A stretch of DNA of 64,000 nucleotides from Clostridia bacterium (GCA_045660545.1 JAZREA010000002.1:64008-128007); one strand, 5' to 3'. Shown: positions 9,013 through 19,308, counted from the stretch's first letter. The notes: generated from the sequence alone by a model not told the origin. A program made the numbers and translations.

Positions 9013-10680
9013 TTATACTTCGTTTATTACAGGCAAAATCATAGGTTTGCGCCTTGTTTTGCTATACAGATAATCTCCGAGGTCGCTCTTGATTTTTGCC
9101 TTGGCTGTGTTCCAGTCACAGTTTTTCCTGTCAAAGCATTTTTTAACAGCCTTTGTTGCACAAAGCTTAATTTCTTCGATAAGGTCTTCGCTTTCACGCA
9201 TATAAACAAAGCCTCTTGAAACAATGTCCGGCCCTGCCACTATTTCGTGAGTGTGCGAGTCGAGCGTTACAACCACGACAATCAGCCCGCCCTCTGCAAG
9301 CAGCTTTCTGTCGCGGAGCACGATGTTTCCTACGTCCCCCACTCCCAGACCGTCTACCAGCACTCTTCCTGCGGGCACGCTGCCGGTAATCTTACACTTG
9401 GAGTCGTTAAGCTCTATAACGTTTCCGATTTCTGAAATAAAGATGTTTTTCTTGGGAATCCCCATATCTTGTGCAAGCAGTGAATGTCTGAAAAGGTGCC
9501 TGTATTCTCCGTGAACGGGGATAAAGAACTTCGGGTTAGCCAAAGACATAATTATTTTAAGCTCTTCCTGGCACGCGTGGCCGGAAACGTGCACGTCTGC
9601 CAATGATTCGTAAATCACGTTGGTATCAAGCTTGTAAAGCTCGTTTATAACGTTTGAAACAGCCTTTTCGTTGCCCGGAATCGGGTTTGCGGATATAACC
9701 ACAGTGTCCGAAGGGCCGAGCGTAACCTTTCTGTGCTCGGAAAAAGCCATTCTCGTAAGCGCGCTCATCGCTTCTCCCTGGCTGCCCGTAGTGATAATAA
9801 CAAGCTTGTGAGGAGGGTAGTTTGTAATCTCGTCGATGCTGATCAGCATTCCCTTTGGTATCTTCATATGCCCAAGCTCCATAGCCACAGAAACTACGTT
9901 TTCGACGCTTCTGCCTGAGAGGGCAATCTTTCTTCCGTACTGTGCCGCAGCGTTTACAATCTGCTGCATTCTGTGAATGTTTGAAGCAAAGGTTGCAACA
10001 ATAATTCTGTTTTTAGAGTTGTTTCTGAATATGTCGTCAAACGCCACGCCAACAGTGCTTTCGCTCATCGTAAAGCCCTGTCTTTCGACGTTTGTGCTGT
10101 CCTGCATAAGGGCGAGCACACCCTTTTTGCCCAGCTCACCAATCCTTGCAAGGTCAATCATCTTTCCCTCGATAGGAGTCGTGTCGATTTTAAAGTCGCC
10201 GGTGTGTAAGATTACGCCGACCGGAGTGTGAAAAGCTATCATAGCAGCGTCAGGAATAGAATGTGTGCTGCGGATAAACTCCACACGAAATTCCCCGATT
10301 TTAAGCACGTTTCCCGGCAGAACAGCTCTTAGCTTTGCTACCTTGTCAAGCCCGTGCTCTTTAAGCTTGTTTTGCACAAGCCCGATAGTAAGCCTTGTAC
10401 CGAAAACAGGCACGTTGAACTTGCTCAGAAAGTACGGCAAAGCGCCGATGTGGTCCTCGTGACCGTGAGTCAAAACAACTGCTCTGATTTTCGCCTGATT
10501 TTTTTCAAGATAAGTAAAATCAGGGATAACAATATCCACACCGGGCATTTCCTCGTCGGGAAACGCCATACCGCAGTCCAGAACAATTATGTCATTACCA
10601 TATTCAAAGACGGTAATGTTCTTTCCGATCTCTTCCAGACCACCCAGCGGGATTATTTTTAAATTTTGTTTTTTTGCCAC
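9013..10680 (-). CDS. rnj: Ribonuclease J
   Basis: 555 aa with the metallo-beta-lactamase motif HGHEDHIG plus beta-CASP and C-terminal domains. GTG start with GGAGG 7 nt upstream. Confidence 0.9.
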   Translation of the reverse strand: MAKKQNLKIIPLGGLEEIGKNITVFEYGNDIIVLDCGMAFPDEEMPGVDIVIPDFTYLEKNQAKIRAVVLTHGHEDHIGALPYFLSKFNVPVFGTRLTIGLVQNKLKEHGLDKVAKLRAVLPGNVLKIGEFRVEFIRSTHSIPDAAMIAFHTPVGVILHTGDFKIDTTPIEGKMIDLARIGELGKKGVLALMQDSTNVERQGFTMSESTVGVAFDDIFRNNSKNRIIVATFASNIHRMQQIVNAAAQYGRKIALSGRSVENVVSVAMELGHMKIPKGMLISIDEITNYPPHKLVIITTGSQGEAMSALTRMAFSEHRKVTLGPSDTVVISANPIPGNEKAVSNVINELYKLDTNVIYESLADVHVSGHACQEELKIIMSLANPKFFIPVHGEYRHLFRHSLLAQDMGIPKKNIFISEIGNVIELNDSKCKITGSVPAGRVLVDGLGVGDVGNIVLRDRKLLAEGGLIVVVVTLDSHTHEIVAGPDIVSRGFVYMRESEDLIEEIKLCATKAVKKCFDRKNCDWNTAKAKIKSDLGDYLYSKTRRKPMILPVINEV

Positions 10681-10753
10681 AGTTTAACCTCCATAAAGTA
10701 TATTTTCCGTACGTAATAATGCTTGGCAAATTTATTTGTTTTAACAATTAAAT

Positions 10754-11824
10754 TTAGAAATTATACCTGCCCCTTGAAGAGCCGTCCATAAGTATATCGA
10801 GCATATCCAAAGACTTGCCCGTTCCGATTGCAACGCATGAAATCGGGTCCTGTGCGACTTCGCAGTGGATACCTGTCTCGCGTGCGATAAGTCTGTCAAG
10901 ACCCCAGACAAGCGCACCGCCGCCTGTCATAACGATACCTTTTTCACTGATATCGCCAACAAGCTCCGGAGGAGTCTGTTCAAGCACAGTCTTTACGGCG
11001 TCAACGATAGCGTACGCCGGCTCTTCGAACGCTTCGAACATTTCGTCAGCAGTAACGGTAAGAGTCTTCGGCAATCCCGAAACAAGGCTTCTGCCCCTGA
11101 TTTCAATAGACTCAGGACGAATCTTTTTGTCTTCCTCAGTTCTTTCAAAAACACAGCCGATGCTGATTTTAAGCTGCTCAGCAGTACGCTCACCAATAAG
11201 CACGTTGTGCTTTTTACGGATATATTTAACGATAGCTTCGTCAAACTTGTCTCCCGCAATCTTAATAGATTCGGAAACAACAATACCACCCAAAGAAATT
11301 ACAGCGATGTCGGTAGTACCGCCGCCGATGTCGACAATCATTGTACCGCTTGGCTTGGAAATGTCAATACCTGCGCCGATAGCCGCTGCGATAGGCTCTT
11401 CGATAAGGTATGTCTTGCTTGCGCCCGCCTGGGTTGATGCGTCGATAACGGCACGCTCTTCAACCTCTGTTACACCGCTTGGTACACAAATCATAACACG
11501 CGGTTTAAAGATACGCTTTTTGCAAACCTTGTCTAAAAAGTGCCTAAGCATCTTTTCTGTCATATTATAGTCAGAAATAACACCATCTCTTAAAGGTCTT
11601 ATTGCTATAATATTACCAGGAGTACGCCCAAGCATACGTCTTGCTTCTTCACCAACTGCCAAAAGTCGGTTGGTGTTTGTGTCCATAGCCACAACAGAAG
11701 GCTCTTTTAAGACAATACCCTTTCCTTTAACATTTACAAGAACAGACGCTGTTCCAAGGTCGATACCAATGTCGTTGTTAAGCTTAAAGAAATCGCTCAA
11801 ACCAAATTTTGATTTCATAATCAA
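10754..11824 (-). CDS. mreB: Rod-shape determining actin homolog MreB/Mbl
   Basis: Carries the IGIDLGTA and DIGGGTTD actin-fold phosphate motifs. The start is either TTG at 11824 or the ATG 6 nt downstream. Confidence 0.9.
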   Translation of the reverse strand: MIMKSKFGLSDFFKLNNDIGIDLGTASVLVNVKGKGIVLKEPSVVAMDTNTNRLLAVGEEARRMLGRTPGNIIAIRPLRDGVISDYNMTEKMLRHFLDKVCKKRIFKPRVMICVPSGVTEVEERAVIDASTQAGASKTYLIEEPIAAAIGAGIDISKPSGTMIVDIGGGTTDIAVISLGGIVVSESIKIAGDKFDEAIVKYIRKKHNVLIGERTAEQLKISIGCVFERTEEDKKIRPESIEIRGRSLVSGLPKTLTVTADEMFEAFEEPAYAIVDAVKTVLEQTPPELVGDISEKGIVMTGGGALVWGLDRLIARETGIHCEVAQDPISCVAIGTGKSLDMLDILMDGSSRGRYNF

Positions 11825-11847
11825 TTAATCCTCCGTTCGTTTTTGTT

Positions 11848-14022
11848 TTAAAATTCCATGATTCTGACCGCGGTCATTGAATCCTGGAGAGTTTTTTCTT
11901 TTATAATGTCAGTGGTAGATTTAATCTCCGCACAAAGACTGTCTTTGTTTTTGTCGATATATTCAATCTGTGCGACAAGCTCGTCTGCCGTTACGCTTTG
12001 CGCGTCAAACGCCTTTAAACACGACCACTGCTTGATTATAGCGTCGATTTTCGGGTCGTACGAAAGCGCGATAACAGGCACGCTCATGCTAAGCGCATAT
12101 ATCAGCGCGTGCAGCCTCATCCCAAGTACAAAGCGGCTGTGCTTAATGCAGTTTAAAAGCGACTCTATCGAGCCTGTGTTTTCAAACACAAGACCGTCGC
12201 ATTTTTTTGCAACCGAAGAGCAAATCTCAAGGTCAAGCCTGTTTTGCATAGGTACAAACACGGGGGTATAACCGTAAGCCTGCTTGATTTTTAAGCAAAC
12301 GTCGGAAATAATTTCCCCAAAGTTTTTCGGGAGCTTCTTCCACCGCCTGATAGAGACGATAAAATACTTCTCGCCGTAAGGAGAAGGAGCGTCGGCGCAT
12401 TGTAGCGCAAAGGCAGGGTCCGCGGTAACAATCGCTTCTCTTTTTAGCCCCATATCAATAAGCTCCTGATAAGAGTCTGAGTCGCGAAGGGAAATAACGT
12501 CCACTTTTTCAAGCATCTTTACACAGTCCTTGCGGTTGCGTATGTTTTGCAAAGGACCGATTCCGTTCGCATACACCATAACCTTCGCCCCGAAGAACAA
12601 GGCCAGCTTTATAATCGCCGAATAATATTTGTAAGACTTTGTGCTTGTAACGTCCTGCAAAAGACTTCCGCCGCCGCTGATTAAAAGGCGAGTGTGCCTT
12701 AGCGTGTTTATAATCTGCGGGAAGTTAAAGCGGTTAATGCTTTGTACCCCTAAGAGAGATGCCGTCTCCGACGGGTTTGCTGATAAAACTGTTATCGAAA
12801 CGTCGGGCTTTTGCTGCCTGAGGCTTGTAATAATCGACTTTAAAAGCGAGTCGTCGCCCGTGTTTTTAAAGCCGTAATATCCTGATATAAGTACGTCGTT
12901 TTTCCTAAACGGATTTTTTTCGAGGAGCTTTTTGTACGCAGCCTCGTAGTCGTTCGTCATTCTTCCTACCGAGTAGTTATCCAGTATAAACTGTCGGTTG
13001 TACCTTGCCATTTCGTCCATCCTGCCGCCGTCCGTAATCTTGCAGATGTCGGCATAAAGTAATTCGTCAGACGGCATCTCGCATCCTCGGCAACAGAAGT
13101 TGGTCTTTATGGATATGTCCGTCTTACTTTCGTCGAATATTCCGATGTAGCCCTCGTTTCCTGCGATTATAACAGGCTTTTGCGCAGACATGGCTTCAAG
13201 CGCCGAGCGCGAAACACCGATAAACATATCCCCGCACGCAACAAACTTGTTGATGTCCGTCCGCGCGCCTGTGGTGATTATTATTTTATCACCAAGAGCG
13301 GTGTTTGTGTCGTCGGCCGCCTTTTTTAGCCTGTCGTAGTCGTTTCCGCCGCCCACGATTATAATCTGTAAGTCTTTGTTCTTTTCATACAGCTTTGGCG
13401 TGATGTTAATCAGGTTAAAAGCCACGGCGCTGCGGTCCGTGTCGATTCTGCTGACATACACAATTCTGAATTTTCCATCCAAAAGCCCAAACTCTTCTTT
13501 TATGTCAGAAAAGTCAACGTCAGGGCCAAACTTTTTGGTGTCGATTCCGTTTATAGTAACGTCAACCTTGCTTTCGTCGTATCCGTAAGAGTCTTTAAGA
13601 TATTTTTTGATGTCGTTGCTGACGGCGACACTGCGCTCGCCCCAGAAGGAAATCCTCTTTAACAAAAAGTTTGTTTTAAACACCCAGTGAGCGGATGTGA
13701 TAAAGCGAAACTTTAATCTTCTTTGTAACAACTTACATATAAAGGAGGGGATTCTCGCGTGTGCGTGCACGATGTCAAAGCCGCCGCTTTTAATAACCTT
13801 GTAAAGCCCGAAGTAAGACTTTAACACATTGTGAGGCTGCTTGTTGTGCAAGGGCAGTTTGAAGTGTTCAATACCGTAGCGGCCTATTTCGGCCTCAAAG
13901 GCACCGCCGTTTGAAGCCACACATACCGTGTGTCCGCGCTTTGTAAGTTCTATCGCAAGCTCGGCAACGTGCGTTTCCGCTCCGCCGATTTCAAGCCCCA
14001 TAAGCACCATAAGAATCTTCAA
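11848..14022 (-). CDS. Fusion protein: GT4 glycosyltransferase (N-terminal) plus CsaB-type polysaccharide pyruvyl transferase (C-terminal)
   Basis: The N-terminus MKILMVLMGLEIGGAETH is typical of GT4. The C-terminal half carries GYYGFKNTGDD and ISGGGSLLQD as in CsaB. TTG start with AAGGGGGA 7 nt upstream. Confidence 0.75.
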   Translation of the reverse strand: MKILMVLMGLEIGGAETHVAELAIELTKRGHTVCVASNGGAFEAEIGRYGIEHFKLPLHNKQPHNVLKSYFGLYKVIKSGGFDIVHAHARIPSFICKLLQRRLKFRFITSAHWVFKTNFLLKRISFWGERSVAVSNDIKKYLKDSYGYDESKVDVTINGIDTKKFGPDVDFSDIKEEFGLLDGKFRIVYVSRIDTDRSAVAFNLINITPKLYEKNKDLQIIIVGGGNDYDRLKKAADDTNTALGDKIIITTGARTDINKFVACGDMFIGVSRSALEAMSAQKPVIIAGNEGYIGIFDESKTDISIKTNFCCRGCEMPSDELLYADICKITDGGRMDEMARYNRQFILDNYSVGRMTNDYEAAYKKLLEKNPFRKNDVLISGYYGFKNTGDDSLLKSIITSLRQQKPDVSITVLSANPSETASLLGVQSINRFNFPQIINTLRHTRLLISGGGSLLQDVTSTKSYKYYSAIIKLALFFGAKVMVYANGIGPLQNIRNRKDCVKMLEKVDVISLRDSDSYQELIDMGLKREAIVTADPAFALQCADAPSPYGEKYFIVSIRRWKKLPKNFGEIISDVCLKIKQAYGYTPVFVPMQNRLDLEICSSVAKKCDGLVFENTGSIESLLNCIKHSRFVLGMRLHALIYALSMSVPVIALSYDPKIDAIIKQWSCLKAFDAQSVTADELVAQIEYIDKNKDSLCAEIKSTTDIIKEKTLQDSMTAVRIMEF

Positions 14023-14025
14023 AGC

Positions 14026-14883
14026 TTATTCCCCCTTGTCAAAGATAACCCCAACAACTCCGCTTCCCGCGTGTGTTGATATAACACAGCCTAAGTCGTA
14101 CGTTTCAATTTCCGGGTTATCAAGCCTTTCTTTAAGCATGCTTATTGCTTCGGCGCAGGCTTCGTCCGCGTCTCCGCTTGCAATCCATATTTTAGACTTG
14201 CCGTCGTACTTTCCCACGGAAAGACTAACTATTTTTTCAAGCGACTTTACCTTGCCGCGCTCTTTTCCGATGCACTCAACAAGCCCGTCTGCAATAGTAA
14301 GGATAGGCTTTATTCCCAAAAGCCCGCCTACAAAAGCCACCCCCGGCTTTATGCGTCCGCCTTTTTCGAGGAACTTTAAGTCGTCGACTAAGAAGAAAGC
14401 ACAGGCGTTAGCAGTGTTTTCCTCATAAGTTTTTATAACTTCTTCAAGCTCTGCGCCCTCAGCGGCCTTTTTAGCCATCTCAACAACAGCCTTGCCGTAC
14501 ATAATCGAGTACAGATTGCTGTCTATTATGGTAATGTTAGGCTCTTTACCAAGCTCTTCTTCAAGCTGGCTTTTAACCAGCAGCGCGGCGTTGTGGCCGC
14601 CGCTTCCCTTGGCAGACATAGTAACAAAGACCTGGTGGTCGTAATTGTCTAAGTTTTTGCGAAACTCCTCTTCGATAGTTGCCATAGACACCATACTCGT
14701 AGTAGGTATCTGCTCCATAGTGCGTAAGCTTTTGGAATATTCTCTTCCGTCCAAATCGTAGCGGTCGCGGTAAATTTTACCGTCCATTACGATGCAAATC
14801 GGAAGATAAGAGATATCGTATTTGTCAATATACTTCTGAGGAATATCACTTGCAGAGTCAGTTATAATTTTAATACGAGCCAT
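14026..14883 (-). CDS. DegV family fatty-acid-binding protein
   Basis: IKIITDSASD N-terminal motif and DegV length. The start was moved to the ATG at 14883 (AGGAGGG 8 nt upstream). Confidence 0.85.
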   Translation of the reverse strand: MARIKIITDSASDIPQKYIDKYDISYLPICIVMDGKIYRDRYDLDGREYSKSLRTMEQIPTTSMVSMATIEEEFRKNLDNYDHQVFVTMSAKGSGGHNAALLVKSQLEEELGKEPNITIIDSNLYSIMYGKAVVEMAKKAAEGAELEEVIKTYEENTANACAFFLVDDLKFLEKGGRIKPGVAFVGGLLGIKPILTIADGLVECIGKERGKVKSLEKIVSLSVGKYDGKSKIWIASGDADEACAEAISMLKERLDNPEIETYDLGCVISTHAGSGVVGVIFDKGE

Positions 14884-15367
14884 GTAGCATGCCCTCCTGT
14901 AATAATTGGTCAAATCCTTTTTGTCTTAAAAATTCGTATGCAGCAATCGCCACCGAGTTGGAAAGGTTAAGCGACCTTGCCTCGTCTATCATAGGTATTC
15001 TTACACACCTGTCGTCGTAATGCTCTTTTAAAAACGGCTCAGGCAGCCCCTTCGTCTCTTTTCCGAAGAGCAGATACACCTCGTCGGGAAAGTCTATTTC
15101 CGTGTAGCACCTTGGCGCTTTTGTAGTGAAGTAGTAAAGGTTGTCGCCGTCGTGTTTTTGCATAAAGTCGTCCAGACTTTCGTAGTATGTGATGTCTAAA
15201 AGGTGCCAGTAGTCAAGCCCCGCCCTTTTTAGCTTTTTGTCGTCGATTTCAAAGCCCAGAGGCTTCACAAGATGAAGTCTGGCTCCCGTAGCGGCGCAGG
15301 TTCTTGCGACGTTTCCGGTGTTTTGGGGGATTTCAGGCTCCACCATAACTATGTTTAATTTGTGCAA
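14870..15367 (-). CDS. trmL: tRNA (cytidine/uridine-34 2'-O)-methyltransferase TrmL (SpoU family)
   Basis: LNIVMVEPEIPQNTGNVARTC matches the TrmL N-terminus. A TTG start at 15367 avoids overlapping the comM stop. The 3' end overlaps the DegV start by 14 nt. Confidence 0.85.
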   Translation of the reverse strand: MHKLNIVMVEPEIPQNTGNVARTCAATGARLHLVKPLGFEIDDKKLKRAGLDYWHLLDITYYESLDDFMQKHDGDNLYYFTTKAPRCYTEIDFPDEVYLLFGKETKGLPEPFLKEHYDDRCVRIPMIDEARSLNLSNSVAIAAYEFLRQKGFDQLLQEGMLHGSY

Positions 15368-15372
15368 AGATT

Positions 15373-16911
15373 TCACTCTCCCCAAAATTTTCTGTCAAGG
15401 CTTCTGTACTGTATAGCTTCCGCAAGCGCTTCGAGCGTAATGTCCGCCTCGCCGTTTAGGTCGGCTATTGTGCGCGCCACTTTTAATATTCTGTCGTGCG
15501 CCCTCGCCGAAAGGCCTAAGTTGTCAAACGCCGAGCGCAAAACCTCACGCAGCTTTGGTGTAAGCTTGCAGTATTTTCTTATTTGTGCCGCACTAAGCTG
15601 TGAGTTTGTAAATATTCCTTCGTCTTTGTATCTTTCAAGCTGAATTTTGCGTGCCTTTTCAATTCTTGTCTTAACGCTCTGGCTCGACTCTTCTTTCGCG
15701 TCGGAAGAAAGAGCGCCGAAGGTAACTGACGGCACCTCTACGTGCAGGTCAATCCTGTCGAGAAGAGGACCGCTTATCTTGCTCATATACTTCTTCTTTT
15801 GCATAGGTGTACAGCTGCACTCTCTGCTTGGGTCCCCGTAGTAACCGCACTTGCACGGATTCATCGAAGCGACCAAAAGCACGTTTGACGGGTATGTACA
15901 GCTCGAGTTAATTCTCGATATATTCACCTTGCCGTCTTCAAGCGGCTGGCGCATAACTTCAAGCGCAGGACGCTGAAATTCCGGCAGCTCGTCTAAAAAC
16001 AAAACGCCGTTGTGCGCAAGGCTGATTTCCCCCGGCCTCGGCACCGTTCCGCCGCCGACAAGCCCTACGGACGAAATCGTGTGGTGCGGACTGCGAAACG
16101 GCCTCGTCGTAACAAGCGACGTGTCAGGCTCAAGCACTCCTGCAACCGAATGTATCTTGGTAGTTTCCAAAGCCTCCTCAAACGTCATGGGAGGCAGTAT
16201 TGACGGGATTCTTTGTGCCAGCATAGACTTGCCGCTTCCCGGGCTGCCAATCATTAATATATTGTGCCCGCCGGCTACGGCTACCTCGATAGCTCTTTTA
16301 ACGCTCTTTTGCCCCTTGACGTCGGCAAAGTCGAGCGCGTTAGATACCCCTTCGGCAAAAATCCTGTCTATGTCCGCAACAGTCGGCTTTATTTTTGCGT
16401 TTCCGTTTAAGTGGTCAACAAGCTCTTTAAGAGTTTTCACACCTATAACGTCTATGCCCGTAACAACGGAAGCCTCGCAGGCATTGGACAAGGGCAAAAA
16501 CACGGTCTTAATCCCGCTTTCCTTTGCATGAATAACCATAGGCAAAACGCCGTTTACGGCTCTTAGCTCTCCGTCGAGCGAAAGCTCGCCCAAAAAGGCG
16601 CAGCCCTCTTCGGAGCCTTTGTCTATCTGTTCGGAGGCGAGCATAATCGCCACCGTTATCGGCAGGTCGTAAGAAGGCCCTTCTTTTTTTCTGTCTGCGG
16701 GCGCTAAGTTTACGGTAATGCGCTTTGTCGGACAGATATAACCGCTGTTTTTAATAGCGGCCCTGACCCTTTCTTTACTTTCTTTTACGGACGTGTCGGG
16801 CAGCCCAACTATGTCAAAGGCAGGCAAGCCGTTGGATATATCGACTTCTACTGTTACAATATATCCGTCAATTCCCGATATACCGGTGCTTGATGCTTTG
16901 GCAAGACTCAT
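15373..16911 (-). CDS. comM: YifB/ComM family Mg-chelatase-like ATPase
   Basis: 512 aa with an N-terminal Lon-like domain, Walker A GSPGSGKS and Walker B VLFLDE. Confidence 0.9.
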   Translation of the reverse strand: MSLAKASSTGISGIDGYIVTVEVDISNGLPAFDIVGLPDTSVKESKERVRAAIKNSGYICPTKRITVNLAPADRKKEGPSYDLPITVAIMLASEQIDKGSEEGCAFLGELSLDGELRAVNGVLPMVIHAKESGIKTVFLPLSNACEASVVTGIDVIGVKTLKELVDHLNGNAKIKPTVADIDRIFAEGVSNALDFADVKGQKSVKRAIEVAVAGGHNILMIGSPGSGKSMLAQRIPSILPPMTFEEALETTKIHSVAGVLEPDTSLVTTRPFRSPHHTISSVGLVGGGTVPRPGEISLAHNGVLFLDELPEFQRPALEVMRQPLEDGKVNISRINSSCTYPSNVLLVASMNPCKCGYYGDPSRECSCTPMQKKKYMSKISGPLLDRIDLHVEVPSVTFGALSSDAKEESSQSVKTRIEKARKIQLERYKDEGIFTNSQLSAAQIRKYCKLTPKLREVLRSAFDNLGLSARAHDRILKVARTIADLNGEADITLEALAEAIQYRSLDRKFWGE

Positions 16912-17134
16912 TTTCCACCCTCCACAATAATAAAGCCAAAAAGCCTTGTAATTTAAACTCTTCCATTATCATATTATAACCAATATTGCACATTTTTTCA
17001 AGTGTTTTGGACAATTTTAAAAAAACTCTTTATTTTTTGGCCACAATGTGCTAAAATATACAAAATAGGCATAATTTGCCTGATTGGTTTTAATATTAAA
17101 TATCTCGAATAACAGATTGTTTGGAGGAGTTTTT

Positions 17135-18013
17135 TTGATAAGAAGTATGACGGGCTTCGGAAGAAGCGAAAACACTGTAAACGGCTACGACGTTTCGGTA
17201 GAGGTCAAGGCGGTTAACCACCGCTACGCTGACTATAACATCAAGCTTCCCAGGGTTTACAGCTTTTTGGAAGAGGACATAAAAAAACATTTTCAGCAGT
17301 ACATAAGCCGCGGCAAGGTCGACGTTTTTCTTACAATATTCAAGGAAAATGACGACACCAAGGAGGTTGTGTTAAACGAAGCGCTTGCAGAAAGCTACGT
17401 TAACGCACTCCGTAAGATTGCAGAAAAGTTCGAGCTTAAGAACGACATAAGCGTCTCGTCGGTTGCAAGGTATAACGACATATTTACTCTAAAATGCGAG
17501 CCCGAGGACGAAGAGCTTGTCAGAGAGGCTGTTATTTCTGTTGCGCACTCCGCGCTGGAAAGCTTTTTGGCGGCGAGAGAGCGCGAGGGAGAAAAGCTCG
17601 CAAAGGATATGACCGCAAGGATTGCTACCATAAAGCAAGAGGTCTTAAAGATTGAGAAAATAGCTCCCGACACAGTAATTGAGCACAAAAACAATATAGA
17701 GCAGCGCATAAGAGAGCTTTTGGGCGACGCCAAGGTGGATGAAAACCGCCTGCTCACCGAAACTGCAATCTATGCGGACAAGCTTTCTGTAAATGAAGAA
17801 ATCGTAAGGCTAAAATGCCACCTTGAAGAGTACGACAGAATAATGCAAAAGGGCGACGCAGTAGGAAGACGACTCGACTTTTTGCTCCAGGAGATGAACC
17901 GCGAGACCAACACAATCGGCTCGAAGTGCAACAACCTTGAGGTTTCCAACATTGTTATCAATATAAAGGCAGAGCTTGAAAAGGTCAGAGAACAGCTCCA
18001 GAATTTAGAGTAG
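17135..18013 (+). CDS. yicC: YicC/YloC family protein
   Basis: The (M)[10 protein letters not shown]-terminus matches YicC/YloC. TTG start sits 5 nt after GGAGGAG. C-terminal [12 protein letters not shown] motif is present. Confidence 0.85.
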   Translation: MIRSMTGFGRSENTVNGYDVSVEVKAVNHRYADYNIKLPRVYSFLEEDIKKHFQQYISRGKVDVFLTIFKENDDTKEVVLNEALAESYVNALRKIAEKFELKNDISVSSVARYNDIFTLKCEPEDEELVREAVISVAHSALESFLAAREREGEKLAKDMTARIATIKQEVLKIEKIAPDTVIEHKNNIEQRIRELLGDAKVDENRLLTETAIYADKLSVNEEIVRLKCHLEEYDRIMQKGDAVGRRLDFLLQEMNRETNTIGSKCNNLEVSNIVINIKAELEKVREQLQNLE

Positions 18014-18024
18014 AGGGTGATTTT

Positions 18025-18279
18025 TTGAAACTGATAAATATAGGCTTTGGCAACTTGGTTTCGGCAGAGAGAATCGTCGCAATCGTAAGCCCCGAGTCTG
18101 CACCGATTCGCAGAATCATCCAGGAGTCCAAGGACCGCGGTATGTTAATTGACGCAACCTGCGGCAGAAGGACAAGGGCTGTTGTAATCTCTGACAGCGA
18201 CCACATAATATTAAGCGCAATTCAGGGCGAAACAATCGCGCACAGAATGGACAAGGAGAGTACAGAAGGTGAAGAATAA
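18025..18279 (+). CDS. remA: RemA/YlzA (DUF370) regulator
   Basis: 84 aa with [20 protein letters not shown] motifs. It sits in the conserved yicC-remA-gmk-rpoZ order. Confidence 0.85.
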   Translation: MKLINIGFGNLVSAERIVAIVSPESAPIRRIIQESKDRGMLIDATCGRRTRAVVISDSDHIILSAIQGETIAHRMDKESTEGEE

Positions 18280-18877
18280 GGGTGTTATGGCGGTAGTTTC
18301 CGGCCCGTCCGGTGTGGGCAAGGGTACGGTGTGCCAGTATATCGTTGACAATTACGAGGGCTTCTTTTTGTCCGTATCGGCGACTTCGAGGTCGCCTCGT
18401 CCAATCGAACAGGACGGAGTCCACTACTACTTTAAAACCGAGCAGGAGTTTAAAGATATGATAAAAAACGGCGAGCTTTTAGAGCACGCCCAATATGTAG
18501 GTAAATACTACGGAACTCCAAAGGCTCCGTGCATGGAGCACATAGATAAGGGCGAAAACGTAATTTTGGAAATCGAGGTACAGGGCGGAATGAAGGTTAA
18601 GTCCAACGCGCCTGATACCGTGATGATTTTTGTTGTTCCTCCGTCGATGGAGGAGCTAAGGGCAAGGCTTGTAGGCCGAAACACTGAAAGCGCCGAGGTC
18701 ATAGAGCAAAGGCTTAAAAGAGCAAAGGAAGAGTTAAAGCTTATGGAGGACTATGACTATATAGTCGTAAACGACACAGTCGAGTCCGCAGCGAAGCAGA
18801 TTTTAAGTATTATAGAGGCGGAGCGAAGGAAGGCTTCGCACACACTAAACAATATCAAGGAGGGACTGGGATTATGA
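18269..18877 (+). CDS. gmk: Guanylate kinase
   Basis: P-loop GPSGVGKGT with a guanylate kinase fold. Overlaps remA by 11 nt. Confidence 0.9.
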   Translation: MKNKGVMAVVSGPSGVGKGTVCQYIVDNYEGFFLSVSATSRSPRPIEQDGVHYYFKTEQEFKDMIKNGELLEHAQYVGKYYGTPKAPCMEHIDKGENVILEIEVQGGMKVKSNAPDTVMIFVVPPSMEELRARLVGRNTESAEVIEQRLKRAKEELKLMEDYDYIVVNDTVESAAKQILSIIEAERRKASHTLNNIKEGLGL

Positions 18878-19053
18878 TTTACCCACCGATCAAAGAACTA
18901 ACAGAAAAAGCAAGCAGCAGATACGCGCTGGTAATCGCGGCGGCGAAAAGAGCAAGAGAAATTTCCGCAGAGGCAGATTCAGAGGTTTCAAAGCCTTTAA
19001 TCGAAGCAATCCGCGAAATAGAAGACGGCAAGGCAATCATTTCAAAAAATTAA
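18874..19053 (+). CDS. rpoZ: RNA polymerase omega subunit
   Basis: 59-aa ORF, below the ORF-track cutoff: [30 protein letters not shown]. Its ATGA overlaps the gmk stop, and GGAGGG lies upstream. Confidence 0.85.
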   Translation: MIYPPIKELTEKASSRYALVIAAAKRAREISAEADSEVSKPLIEAIREIEDGKAIISKN

Positions 19054-19061
19054 AAAAACTA

Positions 19062-19090
19062 TTGACATTACAGACAGCTTCGTATATAAT
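19062..19090 (+). promoter_or_regulatory. Sigma-A type promoter of rpmH operon
   Basis: TTGACA (19062-19067), 17-nt spacer, TATAAT (19085-19090). Confidence 0.7.
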
Positions 19091-19115
19091 AAGAATACTG
19101 TCAAAATGGCAAGAG

Positions 19116-19133
19116 TTTGCTGTTAACAGCAAA
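19116..19133 (+). promoter_or_regulatory. Perfect 18-nt palindrome in the rpmH 5' leader
   Basis: TTTGCTGTT|AACAGCAAA lies between the promoter and the RBS. There is no U-tail, so it is not a terminator. Confidence 0.6.
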
Positions 19134-19165
19134 TTAACTATACACAATCGAAGGAGGAAACTATA

Positions 19166-19300
19166 ATGTTGCAGACTTATCAGCCCAAAAAGCGCCAGAG
19201 AAAAAAGGTGCACGGTTTCAGAGCTCGTATGGCTACTGCTAACGGCAGAAAGGTTCTCGCTCGCAGAAGAGCAAAAGGCCGCGCTAAAATCTGTGCGTAG
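19166..19300 (+). CDS. rpmH: 50S ribosomal protein L34
   Basis: 44-aa ORF absent from the track: [50 protein letters not shown] lies 8 nt upstream. Confidence 0.95.
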   Translation: MLQTYQPKKRQRKKVHGFRARMATANGRKVLARRRAKGRAKICA

Positions 19301-19308
19301 TCTTTGTT

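Noticed and set aside
10815-11570. Long antisense ORFs opposite well-supported genes. Examples: 10815-11570 opposite mreB, 13928-14428 opposite the CsaB fusion, 45518-45967 opposite groEL, 58742-59359 and 59402-60244 opposite the bactofilin/radical-SAM genes.
   Set aside because: Their products are low-complexity Ser/Pro/Thr-rich sequences without RBS or recognisable motifs. They fully overlap genes with strong family signatures and are typical shadow ORFs.
16912-17134. Possible replication origin at the minus-to-plus strand switch between comM and yicC, given that rpmH-mnmG lies nearby.
   Set aside because: The best DnaA-box-like 9-mers (TTGGCCACA, CCTCCACAA) have 2-3 mismatches to TTATCCACA. 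There is no dnaA or dnaN, and gene orientation switches several more times in the window. GC skew could not be computed reliably by eye.
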